This document shows positions 51,483 through 62,238 of a stretch of DNA of 64,000 nucleotides, one piece after another (the first letter of the stretch is position 1; the number at the start of each line of letters is the position of its first letter). The stretch is from positions 1-64,000 of the forward strand of contig CDROCS010001143.1 in the NCBI GenBank assembly GCA_977020255.1. Reading direction: 5' to 3'. Under the pieces are notes generated by a model. That model searched no databases and was not told the origin of the DNA. It saw nothing but the letters and a program-made list of their open reading frames with translations. The position numbers were made by a program, and so were the translations under genes. The stretch comes from Obrimoposthia wandeli. Lineage: Eukaryota.

Positions 51483-52250
51483 TTAATGGCCTATCAATTG
51501 GCCTAAGAATTTTTGAGTGCGATCCATTTTGGGATACTTGAAGAATGTTTCTGGGTCATTCTCTTCAACTATTTCACCGCCATCCATAAAAATAACGCGA
51601 TCCGCCACGGATCTGGCAAAACCCATTTCGTGGGTAACGCAAATCATAGTGATGCCACTGTCAGCTAATTCTGTCATGACATCTAACACTTCTTTTATCA
51701 TCTCTGGGTCTAATGCTGATGTTGGCTCATCAAACAGCAATACTTTAGGGTTCATACACAATGCTCTGGCGATAGCGACACGCTGCTGTTGCCCTCCAGA
51801 AAGTTGCCCCGGGTATTTATCGGCTTGATCTTCAATGCCGACTCTTTTTAATAATTTTTTCGCTAAAGCTTCAGCGTCTGCTTCGGGTAAATGATTTGCC
51901 CAAATAGGCGCTAAACACAGGTTTTCAAGGATGGTCATATGTGGAAATAGATTGAATTGCTGAAAGACCATCCCTATTTCTCGACGAATCGCAATGATAC
52001 TCTTTTCTTGTTCATCTAGCTGCACGCCATTAATTAAAATTTGACCTGCTTGATGTTCTTCTAACGCATTGATACAGCGGATAAGTGTAGATTTTCCTGA
52101 ACCAGAAGGGCCGCATATGACGATGCGTTCACCCTTTTTTACGCTAAGATTGATCTCTTTTAAAACATGAAAATCGCCATACCACTTATTGACACTATCA
52201 AATTCAATCACATTATTATTCGAAGCTGTGTTTAATATTAATTCTGACAT
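51483..52250 (-). CDS. aapP: General L-amino acid ABC transporter ATPase
   Basis: [28 protein letters not shown]. Confidence 0.88.
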   Translation of the reverse strand: MSELILNTASNNNVIEFDSVNKWYGDFHVLKEINLSVKKGERIVICGPSGSGKSTLIRCINALEEHQAGQILINGVQLDEQEKSIIAIRREIGMVFQQFNLFPHMTILENLCLAPIWANHLPEADAEALAKKLLKRVGIEDQADKYPGQLSGGQQQRVAIARALCMNPKVLLFDEPTSALDPEMIKEVLDVMTELADSGITMICVTHEMGFARSVADRVIFMDGGEIVEENDPETFFKYPKMDRTQKFLGQLIGH

Positions 52251-52284
52251 TTATATATCCTTACAACGCTGATCTCTTCAGAGT

Positions 52285-53391
52285 CTATTTGCTATGTGAA
52301 GTAGGGTCTCTAGCTTCAAGTAAAGCACCATATCGGCTTAGGGAATAACAAATAACCCAATACACAAATGCACCAAATACATACGCTTCGGTTTCATACC
52401 CTAACCACTGTGAATCAAGCGATGAGTTTTTAATCATTCCTAAGAAATCCAACAGTCCAACGACAATAACCAGCGAAGTATCTTTAAAAAGAGCGATACA
52501 GCGCCCGATTAACGGGGGCAATACATGGCGTAATGCCTGTGGGAGAATAATCAACCAGATGGCTTTAAGGTAACTTATACCCAGTGATGAGGCCGCTTCA
52601 AATTGCCCTTTAGGGATTGCATTTAAACCGCCACGTACCACTTCAGCAATATAAGCTGATGAGAAAATAATCATGCCTATTTGGATACGTAGCATATTAT
52701 CAATAATGAAACCCGGCGGTAAAAATAGCGGCATCATCACAGAGGCCATAAAGAGAATCGTAATTAAAGGTACGCCCCTTACCAGCTCGATAACCGCAAT
52801 ACAAAGCGCTTTAATCATAGGCGTTCCTGAGAATCGACCTAGTGCGAGTACTATACCCACTGGGATTGATACGATGATACCGACTGTTGCCAGTAAAACG
52901 CTTAGCATTAGTCCGCCCCATAGGGATGGATCTACTTCTTTTAAGCCAAAACCCCCGCCAATCAAAAAATAGCCAAACACAGGCACCAGCAACCAGGCAA
53001 TAAGCAGTACTTTTCCTTTTAGCAAGTTAGTGATGCTTGCCACAATGATCGCTGCAAAGATAGCGGTTCCAACCACTGCTCTCCAGCTTTCATCTTCTGG
53101 GTATACACCAAGCATTAACACGCGAAACTTTGCATCGATAAAAGACCAGCATGCTCCGTCCTCACTTAGTTTACAAACCTCAGTATCTCCTACCCATACG
53201 GCTTTTATAAAAGCCCACTGGATAAACCCTGGTAGCATAAAGCTAATCAGAGCGACGGCAAGCAGCGTAAGAATGGAATTAAACCAGCCATTAAATAGGT
53301 TTGTTTTTACCCAATGTAAAGCTCCTTTTGAATCACTTGGAGCTGGCAGATTTGGCCTTGGATGAAATATATTATTTTGTGAATCATTCAT
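52285..53391 (-). CDS. aapM: General L-amino acid ABC permease
   Basis: WVKTNLFNG, GACWSFI, WGGLML, RGVPLITILF. Confidence 0.86.
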   Translation of the reverse strand: MNDSQNNIFHPRPNLPAPSDSKGALHWVKTNLFNGWFNSILTLLAVALISFMLPGFIQWAFIKAVWVGDTEVCKLSEDGACWSFIDAKFRVLMLGVYPEDESWRAVVGTAIFAAIIVASITNLLKGKVLLIAWLLVPVFGYFLIGGGFGLKEVDPSLWGGLMLSVLLATVGIIVSIPVGIVLALGRFSGTPMIKALCIAVIELVRGVPLITILFMASVMMPLFLPPGFIIDNMLRIQIGMIIFSSAYIAEVVRGGLNAIPKGQFEAASSLGISYLKAIWLIILPQALRHVLPPLIGRCIALFKDTSLVIVVGLLDFLGMIKNSSLDSQWLGYETEAYVFGAFVYWVICYSLSRYGALLEARDPTSHSK

Positions 53392-53400
53392 AATTACGCT

Positions 53401-54585
53401 CTACCTTTCCACTATTTGTACGCGAATATTAAGCCAATTCATTAGCCCTGAAATCACCAAATTAATGGTCATATAGACAGCCATCCACATAGCAATAATC
53501 TCTATGGATTGGCCATTTTGGCCAATGATCGTGCCGCCAATAGACACCATATCCGGGTAGCCAATAGCCACAGCTAAAGAGCTATTTTTAACCAGACTGG
53601 CATAATCATTAGTGGTAGGTGGAATAATGACACGTAGTGCTTGGGGTAATAACACTTTTCGGATGATGGTACTTTTAGGTACACCCAGCGCATTAGCGGC
53701 CTCAATTTGGCCTGTAGAAACAGACTGCAAACCACTGCGCACGTTTTCACCTATGTACGCTGAGGTATAAAGTACTAAACCAATTAGCAGCGCCGAAAAC
53801 TCTGGCTTTAAAGTGATTCCGCCAACAAAGTTAAAGCCTTTAAGGATAGGCATTTCAAAAGAGAGTGGGCTGCCCATTGCTAGGTATACAGTGAGCGGTA
53901 ATATTAAAATGATAGCCAGGGATATCAGCATTTTAGGTAGTGGATAACCGGTTCGAGCTTGGTAACTTTTTGCCCACCTTGTAAAGCAATAAGCAATAAT
54001 TACCGCGATTACAAAGGCGGCGATGACGAAAGCAAAACCATCCATAAATACAGGCTCAGGAACATATAAACCTCTACGGCTGAGAAATACACCATCAATA
54101 GGGTTTAGTGCTTTGCGCACACCCGGTAAGGTGGTTAATAGTAAGGTATAAACGAAGAACAAGGTCAAAAGCAAAGGAACATTTCTTAAGCTTTCAACAA
54201 AAAATGCAGCAATCTTTGAGACAATCCAATTTTTAGAAACGCGAGCAACACCGACGATAACCCCCAATATAGTGGAAAGGATAATCGCGATAAACGATAC
54301 GAGTAAGGTATTTAATATACCCACTACAAAGGCATATCCATAGGAATCGGAAGGTTGGTAATCAATCAGTTTATCACTAATGGGTAAACCTGCTTCTTTT
54401 CCTAGAAAATCGAAACCAGATTCTATCCCTCTTTCCAATAAATTTGATTGTGTTGTGGCCAATAAATAATACGCACCATATAAAACCAACCCAATAAGCA
54501 TTGTTTGTCCTAACAAACTGACGCCATTATTAATAAGAGCAAATCTATGATTTAGTTTAGGCAGAGAAAATTTCAAAAAAGGCAC
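53401..54585 (-). CDS. aapQ: General L-amino acid ABC permease
   Basis: SGFDFL, YAFVVGILNTL, RNVPLLL, LVKNSSLAVAIGYPD. Confidence 0.86.
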   Translation of the reverse strand: MPFLKFSLPKLNHRFALINNGVSLLGQTMLIGLVLYGAYYLLATTQSNLLERGIESGFDFLGKEAGLPISDKLIDYQPSDSYGYAFVVGILNTLLVSFIAIILSTILGVIVGVARVSKNWIVSKIAAFFVESLRNVPLLLTLFFVYTLLLTTLPGVRKALNPIDGVFLSRRGLYVPEPVFMDGFAFVIAAFVIAVIIAYCFTRWAKSYQARTGYPLPKMLISLAIILILPLTVYLAMGSPLSFEMPILKGFNFVGGITLKPEFSALLIGLVLYTSAYIGENVRSGLQSVSTGQIEAANALGVPKSTIIRKVLLPQALRVIIPPTTNDYASLVKNSSLAVAIGYPDMVSIGGTIIGQNGQSIEIIAMWMAVYMTINLVISGLMNWLNIRVQIVER

Positions 54586-54612
54586 CTATCAGATAACATA
54601 AATGATAAAAGA

Positions 54613-54642
54613 AGGCCCAAGATAAGAATCGATCTTAGGCCT
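54613..54642 (-). terminator. Stem-loop between aapJ and aapQ
   Basis: aggcccaagat / atcttaggcct with a T-rich tail on the minus strand. Confidence 0.45.
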
Positions 54643-54714
54643 ATTGTTAAATAAGGTGTCGCTAAATCAGCTTCTGTCTTTCAACAAGTTAATCAACTAC
54701 ACCTGAGCTTAGCG

Positions 54715-55743
54715 CTAACGAATAGGGGGTGAATATAAAATACCACCTTTATTCCATTGCTCATTCAAGCCACGTTTTAGATTTAAAGTTTTACCTAAAT
54801 TACGTTCAAAAATTTCTCCGTAGTTCCCCACAGAACTAATGCTTCTAACTAACCAATCACTATCTAAACCGATGTAACTACCCACATCACCTGTCTTACC
54901 CAACATGCGTTGAATAACAGGGTCTGTTGATTTTGCCTGCATCTCTTGCACATTCGCAGCAGTCACACCTTTTTCTTCTGCATTAATCACACCGTTAATA
55001 ACCCAAGTCACAAGGTCTTTCCATTGGTTATCACCGTGGCGAACTAGCGGAGAAAGCGGCTCTTTTGAAATTATTTCAGCTAAGATTTCATGATTTTGAG
55101 GGTCTTTCAAAGTTGTTCTCAATGAGGCAAGCTGACTTGAGTCAGTGGTAAATATATCGCAACGCCCTGAACTATAAGCACTAAATGCTTCTTTTTTTCC
55201 TTCAAAAACCACTGATTCTAAAGTGATATTATTAGCACGTGCGTAATCGGTTAGATTCAGTTCAGTAGTGGTACCCGTTGTCACACAAACACTCGCACCA
55301 TCCATATCTTTTGCATTGCTTATATTTGTTTCTTTGCGGGCCATAAAACCTTGCCCGTCGTAGTAAACAACAGCAGTGAAATCAACACCTTCTTTAGTGT
55401 CGCGTTTCATCGTCCAAGTAGTGGTGCGTGAAGTCAAATCAACTTGACCACTGGTAACCGCTATGATCTTTTGCTTTGAAGATAACGGCACAAACTTAAT
55501 TTTAGTCGAATCACCTAATACTGCTGCAGCAACAGCGCGGCATATATCAACATCGAGACCAACCCAGTTGCCTGTTGAATCAGGGTTAGAGAAACCAGGT
55601 ACGCCTTCACTGACTCCACAAGAGAGTGAGTCACGTTTTTTGACATCTTCTAGGGTCGTTGCGGATGCTTGGCTTACGATAGTAGAGCTTACTACTAAGG
55701 ATAAGGCTGCAATTTTTTTTGAAAGTGAATAATTGATTTTCAT
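54715..55743 (-). CDS. aapJ: General L-amino acid ABC substrate-binding protein
   Basis: LSCGV, GLDVDICRAVAAAV, RTTTWT, YYDGQGF, ISKEPL, GNYGEIFERN; start at MKINY. Confidence 0.86.
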   Translation of the reverse strand: MKINYSLSKKIAALSLVVSSTIVSQASATTLEDVKKRDSLSCGVSEGVPGFSNPDSTGNWVGLDVDICRAVAAAVLGDSTKIKFVPLSSKQKIIAVTSGQVDLTSRTTTWTMKRDTKEGVDFTAVVYYDGQGFMARKETNISNAKDMDGASVCVTTGTTTELNLTDYARANNITLESVVFEGKKEAFSAYSSGRCDIFTTDSSQLASLRTTLKDPQNHEILAEIISKEPLSPLVRHGDNQWKDLVTWVINGVINAEEKGVTAANVQEMQAKSTDPVIQRMLGKTGDVGSYIGLDSDWLVRSISSVGNYGEIFERNLGKTLNLKRGLNEQWNKGGILYSPPIR

Positions 55744-55953
55744 TAAGATTTCCTCTGAGGTAAAAAAACATTTCCTTCTCATGCATTGCGTCATTTGCGA
55801 GTGTATTTTTAACAAGAATGATTCTAAAAATATATGGGTGAAAAGTACGACATGGGTAGTACTTAAGGACTACTTATCAATTATTTATAACTTGCATCTG
55901 TTAATAGATAACTCATACTGATCGGCATTTACCTATTACGAGGAGGCACTTAA

Positions 55954-56988
55954 GTGCATTTTCTTCACATATCACTGCTATCAAAATGGGCAACAAGACT
56001 GATTAATATCTTGGTTTTAGCGCTGCTATTATCCAGTCATGTTTGGGCTGAACCGACCATACAAGGTAAAACACTTAAATCGGTACGCGAACGGGGCTAT
56101 TTAATCTGTGGGGTAGGTACTAACGATATTGGTTTTGCCACCCAAGATAAGCAGGGATTATGGGTGGGCTTTGACGTTGATTTTTGTCGTGCGATTGCGG
56201 CAGCGGTTTTAAATAACGATCAAGCCATAAAATTTATTCCCTTAGACAGTCAAAATCGATTTAGAGCATTACAACAAGAAAACATCGATGTCTTAATTCG
56301 CACCACCACTTGGACCTTATCACGAGACACCAATATGCAATTAGATTTTGCAGGTGTCACGTTATTCGACGAACAAGGCATCCTTGTTCACGACCATATT
56401 AGCGGCGACTCGCTAAATAGTATGGATGGGCTGTCTGTCTGTGCCAACATAGGTACTACCAGCTTAGATAATTTAATTGCCCATATCTCATCAAATAAAC
56501 TTAACATTAATGTACTTAAACTGGCGACACAAGAAGGACGTTGGCGCGCATTCTTTAATCGTGAGTGCGATGCGATTACCGCAGATAAAAGTGACTTATT
56601 TGCTAAATTATCGACCTTTACTAAAGCGAAAAAAAAATACCGAGTTCTCGGTGAGCCTATCGCTAAAGAACCATTGGGACCGGTGGTACGCGATGATGAT
56701 AGGCAGTGGTTCGATATTGTTAAATGGGTTATTTATGCCATTGTTTTAGCTGAAGAAAAGAACATCACTTCAATCGATCTGACCAATAAAATAAAAAAAT
56801 TCGACGCGCCTGCTTCCCCTAATTTAGGCCTAGATATACAGTGGCCAGAGTACGTTATTCAAAGTGTTGGCAATTATGCTCAAATATATGATCGCAATTT
56901 AGGGGTTAATTCATCCATAAATATTAAAAGAGGTATCAATAGTTTATGGACAGACGGCGGCCTGCTTTACGCCATGCCTTTTAAGTGA
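55954..56988 (+). CDS. AapJ-paralogous periplasmic binding protein (candidate sensor subunit)
   Basis: LICGV, GFDVDFCRAIAAAV, RTTTWT, IAKEPLGP, GNYAQIYDRN; 9 bp upstream of the kinase. Confidence 0.85.
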   Translation: MHFLHISLLSKWATRLINILVLALLLSSHVWAEPTIQGKTLKSVRERGYLICGVGTNDIGFATQDKQGLWVGFDVDFCRAIAAAVLNNDQAIKFIPLDSQNRFRALQQENIDVLIRTTTWTLSRDTNMQLDFAGVTLFDEQGILVHDHISGDSLNSMDGLSVCANIGTTSLDNLIAHISSNKLNINVLKLATQEGRWRAFFNRECDAITADKSDLFAKLSTFTKAKKKYRVLGEPIAKEPLGPVVRDDDRQWFDIVKWVIYAIVLAEEKNITSIDLTNKIKKFDAPASPNLGLDIQWPEYVIQSVGNYAQIYDRNLGVNSSINIKRGINSLWTDGGLLYAMPFK

Positions 56989-56997
56989 GTTGTCATT

Positions 56998-59289
56998 ATG
57001 TTTCCTAAAACCAGGTACAGTATTGCATCTCGAATTTTTCTTGGCTTAGCCATCCTCAATCTATTCACGTTTGTGATTTGTATTGCTGCTATTTATTCTT
57101 TTCGCGACTCGGGGCACAAAATTGACCTAGTGACCACCACATTGTTACCACAGATAATTGTTGCAGCAGATTTAGGAAATCAAAGCTCAAACCTATCTAG
57201 TCGATCAGCCGAATTGATAGGTGCTGATTCACTTTTAGAATTAGATACCGTTATTTTACGCTTAGGAGATCAGATTGATGCCGTTTCGCGCATTGAAAAG
57301 AAATTAGCCCAGTCAAAGGTTTCTAATGACGTTCTCTTAGAGCTCAAAGGCATCAGAAATAGTTTAGATAACAACTTAGCCGTATTGATGACCGTCGTTA
57401 AAAAGAACATCTTATTGAGAAATGACATAACCAAACATATTGAGTTAATAAAGGTTATCAATAATTATTCTGATAGTCATATCCGTGATGCTCTTTTAGC
57501 TTTTACCAGCAAGAATTCCAGTGAAGACTCTGAATTAAACAGTGAGCTAAATACACTATTCAGCGATTGGTCTAAGCTCTCGAATCAAGCGTTATTAAAT
57601 ATAGCGACCACCTCTGAAACACGACACCCTATCCAACTGATACGCCAAAAATCAAAATTTCAACAACTCAACATTGATCGTGTTAAACGCCAATCACAAT
57701 TATTGCACCATATTCCAAATCTCAAAGATAATTTTTTATATTTAGATACGTTATTTACACAGATCGAATCAATTTATAAATTACGCAAAGACTTGTTTAA
57801 GAATGTTTCTGCAACACAAGGTGTACTGACCATCCATACTCACTTGTCAGACGTACTGATAGACTTCACCAGTAAATTATCTACTGAGTTCGAAAGCAAA
57901 GCCCTAACCATCAGCGGTGATATCCATGATCAATTCTCACAACGTACCCTTATTTTCCTATTAGGTTTAGCTTTGTTTTTTGCGGTAGCCGGTGCTGTCT
58001 TTTATTATGTTGATCATTACGTTGTGTCTCGTATTCAACGATTAACCCGTCGAATTAAAAATCAAGGAAGCGCTGTTTCTAGTGATGCTCATCCAATTAA
58101 TGGTGATGAAATATCAGAAATAGACGCTTCATTAACCTATTTTATTGCTGAGATTGAAGCCCGTGAAGCGTTACTAGAAAATGAAAGAGGTAAAGCAATC
58201 AATGCCACTCAATCAAAATCACGCTTATTAGCAGCTGCCAGCCATGATTTACGACAACCCCTACATGCAATAGTACTAATGCTATCCGGTTTAAAGGATC
58301 ACGTTGAGGGCAAAACCGGTAACAAAATACTAGGTGACATCAATCAATCGGTGGCAGATTTGAGTAATATGTTCGATAGTATTTTAGACTTATCACATGC
58401 TGAAAATAGCAATAAGGAACTGGCGAGTAGCCACTTCAAAATCCAGACGATACTCGAGCGTATCGAGCAAGAGTTTAGACCTTTAGCCATAAAGAAAAGA
58501 ATAAGATTGATAATACCCCACTCAGATATCACTATTTTTGCACATCGTGAATCAATACATAGAATTTTAGCTAATCTCGTTTCAAATGGTATTAAATATA
58601 CCCAGATTGGCGGCGTCACCCTACTGATCGAAAATAATGCCAAAGACATATCCGTCTCGGTATTCGACACTGGTACTGGTATTCCTAAAGACGAACGTAA
58701 TCAGGTATTTAAAGAAAATTATCAGGCTTCAAAGCATCAAGAAGGACATGGTCTCGGCCTTGCTATTTCTCAAGAGCTCGCATTAAAAATGGGTACCAAA
58801 ATAATCTTAAGCGAAACTCCCACTAAAAGTGCGCTATTCCAAATCAGTATTCCAAAAGGAGAAATGCAGCTAATTAAAAACGCGCCTGAACAAGCTTCTT
58901 GTGTGAAAATTACTTCTTTAAAAGGTTTAAGTATTGTTTTAGTGGAAGATGAGCAACATATTCGCCTTGCTTGCCTAAACTTATTAGAAAAGTGGGGTTG
59001 TAATGTAACCACATTTTCTAATTACCACGACGCTTTGCTGTACATAGAAAAAGAAAACCACACTTTTGTTCTTATCACTGACTTACATTTAGGTCGCTCT
59101 CAAAATGGCATAAAGTTAGCCGAAGCACTTAGTGCTAAAAAAGGCTTAGAAAATACGCACATCATAATAACGTCCGCTTCCCAATTCACCAAAGAATCCA
59201 TACATGAAAACTTCAAGTTTCTTAGAAAGCCTTTTAGCCCCTCACAATTAGCAACAACTCTGAGAGGGTTTATTAGAAAATCAGCATGA
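56998..59289 (+). CDS. Hybrid sensor histidine kinase (periplasmic helical sensor, HAMP, HisKA, HATPase, receiver)
   Basis: Two TM segments, SHDLRQP, NLVSNGIKYT, DTGTGI, GLGLAI, receiver LVEDE...ITDLHL...KPF. Confidence 0.92.
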   Translation: MFPKTRYSIASRIFLGLAILNLFTFVICIAAIYSFRDSGHKIDLVTTTLLPQIIVAADLGNQSSNLSSRSAELIGADSLLELDTVILRLGDQIDAVSRIEKKLAQSKVSNDVLLELKGIRNSLDNNLAVLMTVVKKNILLRNDITKHIELIKVINNYSDSHIRDALLAFTSKNSSEDSELNSELNTLFSDWSKLSNQALLNIATTSETRHPIQLIRQKSKFQQLNIDRVKRQSQLLHHIPNLKDNFLYLDTLFTQIESIYKLRKDLFKNVSATQGVLTIHTHLSDVLIDFTSKLSTEFESKALTISGDIHDQFSQRTLIFLLGLALFFAVAGAVFYYVDHYVVSRIQRLTRRIKNQGSAVSSDAHPINGDEISEIDASLTYFIAEIEAREALLENERGKAINATQSKSRLLAAASHDLRQPLHAIVLMLSGLKDHVEGKTGNKILGDINQSVADLSNMFDSILDLSHAENSNKELASSHFKIQTILERIEQEFRPLAIKKRIRLIIPHSDITIFAHRESIHRILANLVSNGIKYTQIGGVTLLIENNAKDISVSVFDTGTGIPKDERNQVFKENYQASKHQEGHGLGLAISQELALKMGTKIILSETPTKSALFQISIPKGEMQLIKNAPEQASCVKITSLKGLSIVLVEDEQHIRLACLNLLEKWGCNVTTFSNYHDALLYIEKENHTFVLITDLHLGRSQNGIKLAEALSAKKGLENTHIIITSASQFTKESIHENFKFLRKPFSPSQLATTLRGFIRKSA

Positions 59290-59645
59290 TTACTGCTATC
59301 AAGTTCCTAAGCTTTGTTAAACTTTAGTTTTATATCCCTTAGTGATATGTACTGAAGCCACCTTCATACGCATTAAAGGTTCTTTAACTTCATTAAGATC
59401 AACAATTCAACTGGCATTTAACATGATATTTGTGAAGTAAATTGTAAAACCAATAAACAGTGCCTTTCTGTTATTTCATCCCATCCCTCTGCTATTAACA
59501 CGTGGGCAAATGAATTAAAGCAGAAATATTACGAGCAACTCACCTCCGTGGCCTGCGAATTAAAAAAGGAACCCTTAATCTATGCGCTAAGTGAGTTTTC
59601 ACCTATCGTACTGTTTACAATTGCCCCATCAAATATCGCTAAGTA

Positions 59646-60917
59646 TCAAATACAATAAATCCTCGGAAAATCACTGACCTTAGTTGTGTATTGTGGTGAT
59701 AAATACTCTCGTTTCATGGCAAATTGCTGATCTATCCCCTGCCCAGCTAAATGCAAAGCACCCCTGCCAAATTTATGATTGATGTTATCCATGCACTGCA
59801 TCAATTTAGGATCAAGCGGTGCACTGGCGAACATATCAAACTGCACATTACTTTTATCACTGATATCTAACAAACCCACACCACAGCGATAAAATCGTAC
59901 CCCTTGTTTATGCAGGGTTGCTATTGCACTGCTGCAGGCTTGCATAAATAATCGGCTATCATTGGTAGGAGATTCAAAGTGATGAAATACTGATTTTCGA
60001 TAGAAGCCATTAGGGTCATGCGGTGAACTCGCAGCAAAAATGGTCATAGACTTAGCCATACTGTTTTGCTTGCGCAATTTTGCAGCGGCGATTTCAGCAT
60101 GGGTGCACAACGCATAACGCAGTTGCTGTGGATCCATAATACGCTGACCAAAACTGCGCGTGCTGTAAATCTCTTTTTTAGGGGCTCGTACTTCATCCCA
60201 ATTCAGCTTTACCACGCCGTTCAATTCATACACGGTGCTTTCAACTAATATAGAGAAGTGCTTGCGGATAATAGCTGGTTTAGCATTGGCCAACTGCAGA
60301 GCGGTCATAATACCTATGTCATTTAAACGCGCCGCTATCTTACGTCCTATTCCCCACACCTCACCCACTTTTATCTTTGCTAGTATTTGTTTACGCACCC
60401 TCTCATTATCGATAACAGCAACCCCTTTATACCCCTCAATACGCTTAGCTGCATGATTGGCTACTTTTGCAAGGGTCGGTGTTGCACCCATCCCAACACA
60501 AATAGGCAAACGTGTTGAGCGCCATGCCGTACGACGAATATTAGTGGCGTGCTGTTGCCAACCTTCAGGAGGAACGTAGGTACTAGTTTTACCGTAGAAT
60601 AAGAAACACTCATCAATAGAATAGATATGCTGATGGGGTGCAAAACGAGCGCAAACCGCCATTAAATCATCACTCAAACTAGCATAAAGCTCATAGTTGC
60701 TGCTGCGAATAACCGCATTAGCCGCTTCCAATTGCTCACGCACTTCAAAGAAAGGAACAAATTTTTTACCGATGCCCATCTTTTTAGCGATACCGCACGC
60801 AGCACAAATACAGCCATCATTATTAGTTAACACAACAACGGGCCGTTTGCGAATACTGGCATCAAATACTTTTTCGCAACTCGCATACATAGAGTTAACA
60901 TCACAGAGTGCATACAT
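59646..60917 (-). CDS. umuC: DNA polymerase V catalytic subunit
   Basis: LCDVNSMYASCE, SNNDG-like TNNDG, SSNYELY, YSIDE, LSPQYTT. Confidence 0.93.
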   Translation of the reverse strand: MYALCDVNSMYASCEKVFDASIRKRPVVVLTNNDGCICAACGIAKKMGIGKKFVPFFEVREQLEAANAVIRSSNYELYASLSDDLMAVCARFAPHQHIYSIDECFLFYGKTSTYVPPEGWQQHATNIRRTAWRSTRLPICVGMGATPTLAKVANHAAKRIEGYKGVAVIDNERVRKQILAKIKVGEVWGIGRKIAARLNDIGIMTALQLANAKPAIIRKHFSILVESTVYELNGVVKLNWDEVRAPKKEIYSTRSFGQRIMDPQQLRYALCTHAEIAAAKLRKQNSMAKSMTIFAASSPHDPNGFYRKSVFHHFESPTNDSRLFMQACSSAIATLHKQGVRFYRCGVGLLDISDKSNVQFDMFASAPLDPKLMQCMDNINHKFGRGALHLAGQGIDQQFAMKREYLSPQYTTKVSDFPRIYCI

Positions 60918-61321
60918 TATAAAGCGCTATTTAAAGGCTTATGTAACCGAATGGATCGCGTAACTACACCTTCTATTTGAAACTCATCACCAGCATTCAA
61001 TGCATAGGGCTGATACCCTTTAGCAGCAGCCAGAAGACGTTGGTTAGGTTTATCAATTTGCTTAACAACAAACACCCCATTCAAATTGGCCACCACAATA
61101 TCATTATTTTTAGCAGTTTCGGCACGGGAAATTATCAACAAGTCACCCGAATGAATCCCAGCATCCATCATAGATTCGCCCTGCGCATAGCCTATATAAG
61201 TAGCCTCAGGGTTATCAATCAGTAGTTGATCTAAGTTAACTTCTTTCTGTACATACGCAGTCGCTGGCGATTCAAAACCAACAAAACCAGCTTGCGCTTT
61301 TAGGGGGATAAATTTGAGCAT
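60917..61321 (-). CDS. umuD: DNA polymerase V accessory subunit (S24 peptidase)
   Basis: AQAGF..ESPA cleavage region, GESM (Ser), FVVK (Lys); TAATG overlap with umuC. Confidence 0.9.
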   Translation of the reverse strand: MLKFIPLKAQAGFVGFESPATAYVQKEVNLDQLLIDNPEATYIGYAQGESMMDAGIHSGDLLIISRAETAKNNDIVVANLNGVFVVKQIDKPNQRLLAAAKGYQPYALNAGDEFQIEGVVTRSIRLHKPLNSAL

Positions 61322-61338
61322 AAAAATCTTTTCCAATA

Positions 61339-61358
61339 TACTGATTATTTGTACAGTA
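61339..61358. promoter_or_regulatory. LexA SOS box
   Basis: taCTGattatttgtaCAGta (CTG-N10-CAG) about 20 bp upstream of umuD. Confidence 0.88.
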
Positions 61359-62238
61359 TATTAAAATAGCTCATTACACAAATCAAATGACTTAATGTAA
61401 TTTTTTATAGTATTAATGAAATTCAGCGATATAAAAGATGGGAAGTCCATTACCTATTAACCTATATATTAACCACAGCGGTAAAAGTTACCGTTATAAG
61501 CATCCGTAGCGTGGGTATGTATTGCACTTTTCATCGATCATGATTTCGAGCTAAGATGGTTGAACTAGCGCTCAAAAAAGCAAATCAAAGAGATTCAGTG
61601 AAAAAGCGGAAAATAATATGAAAGAGTGTATTAAAAAGCTGATCGATATTTACTGCACATTTATGTTTGGTGTACACCGTTGCACTGGTTGGTATGCTGT
61701 TTTATAACTAGAGACTGCGCAATAAAAAATAGTAATAGACCTGAACGATTTAGATTAACTAAATTACCAGCTAGATACTGCTCCTTTGATCGACATCAAT
61801 AAAACAACACTACTGATGAGAAAATGATTAATGAAATGGTGTTTGTTATGGAAAAACATTATGATTTTAGGCTCGCTTAAATGCTACTTTCATCGCTAGA
61901 AGAAAAGCAATCAATTTCGCGATTAGCAAGACCAAATTTGATTTATGTTTATAAGTACGCGCATTCGAAAATTCTGATAGTTGATCATATTGAGAAAATA
62001 AGCGGCGTAAAGGCTTAATAGGAAAATCGGGCTCGTGAAAATAGAAGAGCAACTTTTTAAAAGATCGTTTTGATCATCTAAAAATCGCTTAATAGTAATC
62101 GTTTTCTACTTAAAACTCTACTCTTATTAACTATATACATGTTTTTTGGAAAGTAGCGGATCAAAGAATGTTGAGGCGACCTTTTAAAAATCTATTTTTG
62201 CATAGAATAACTTCAGAAATCTAATTTGGGGGCATATT

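Noticed and set aside
61867-62052. 61-aa ORF with faint transposase C-terminal character
   Set aside because: No convincing motif or IS ends.
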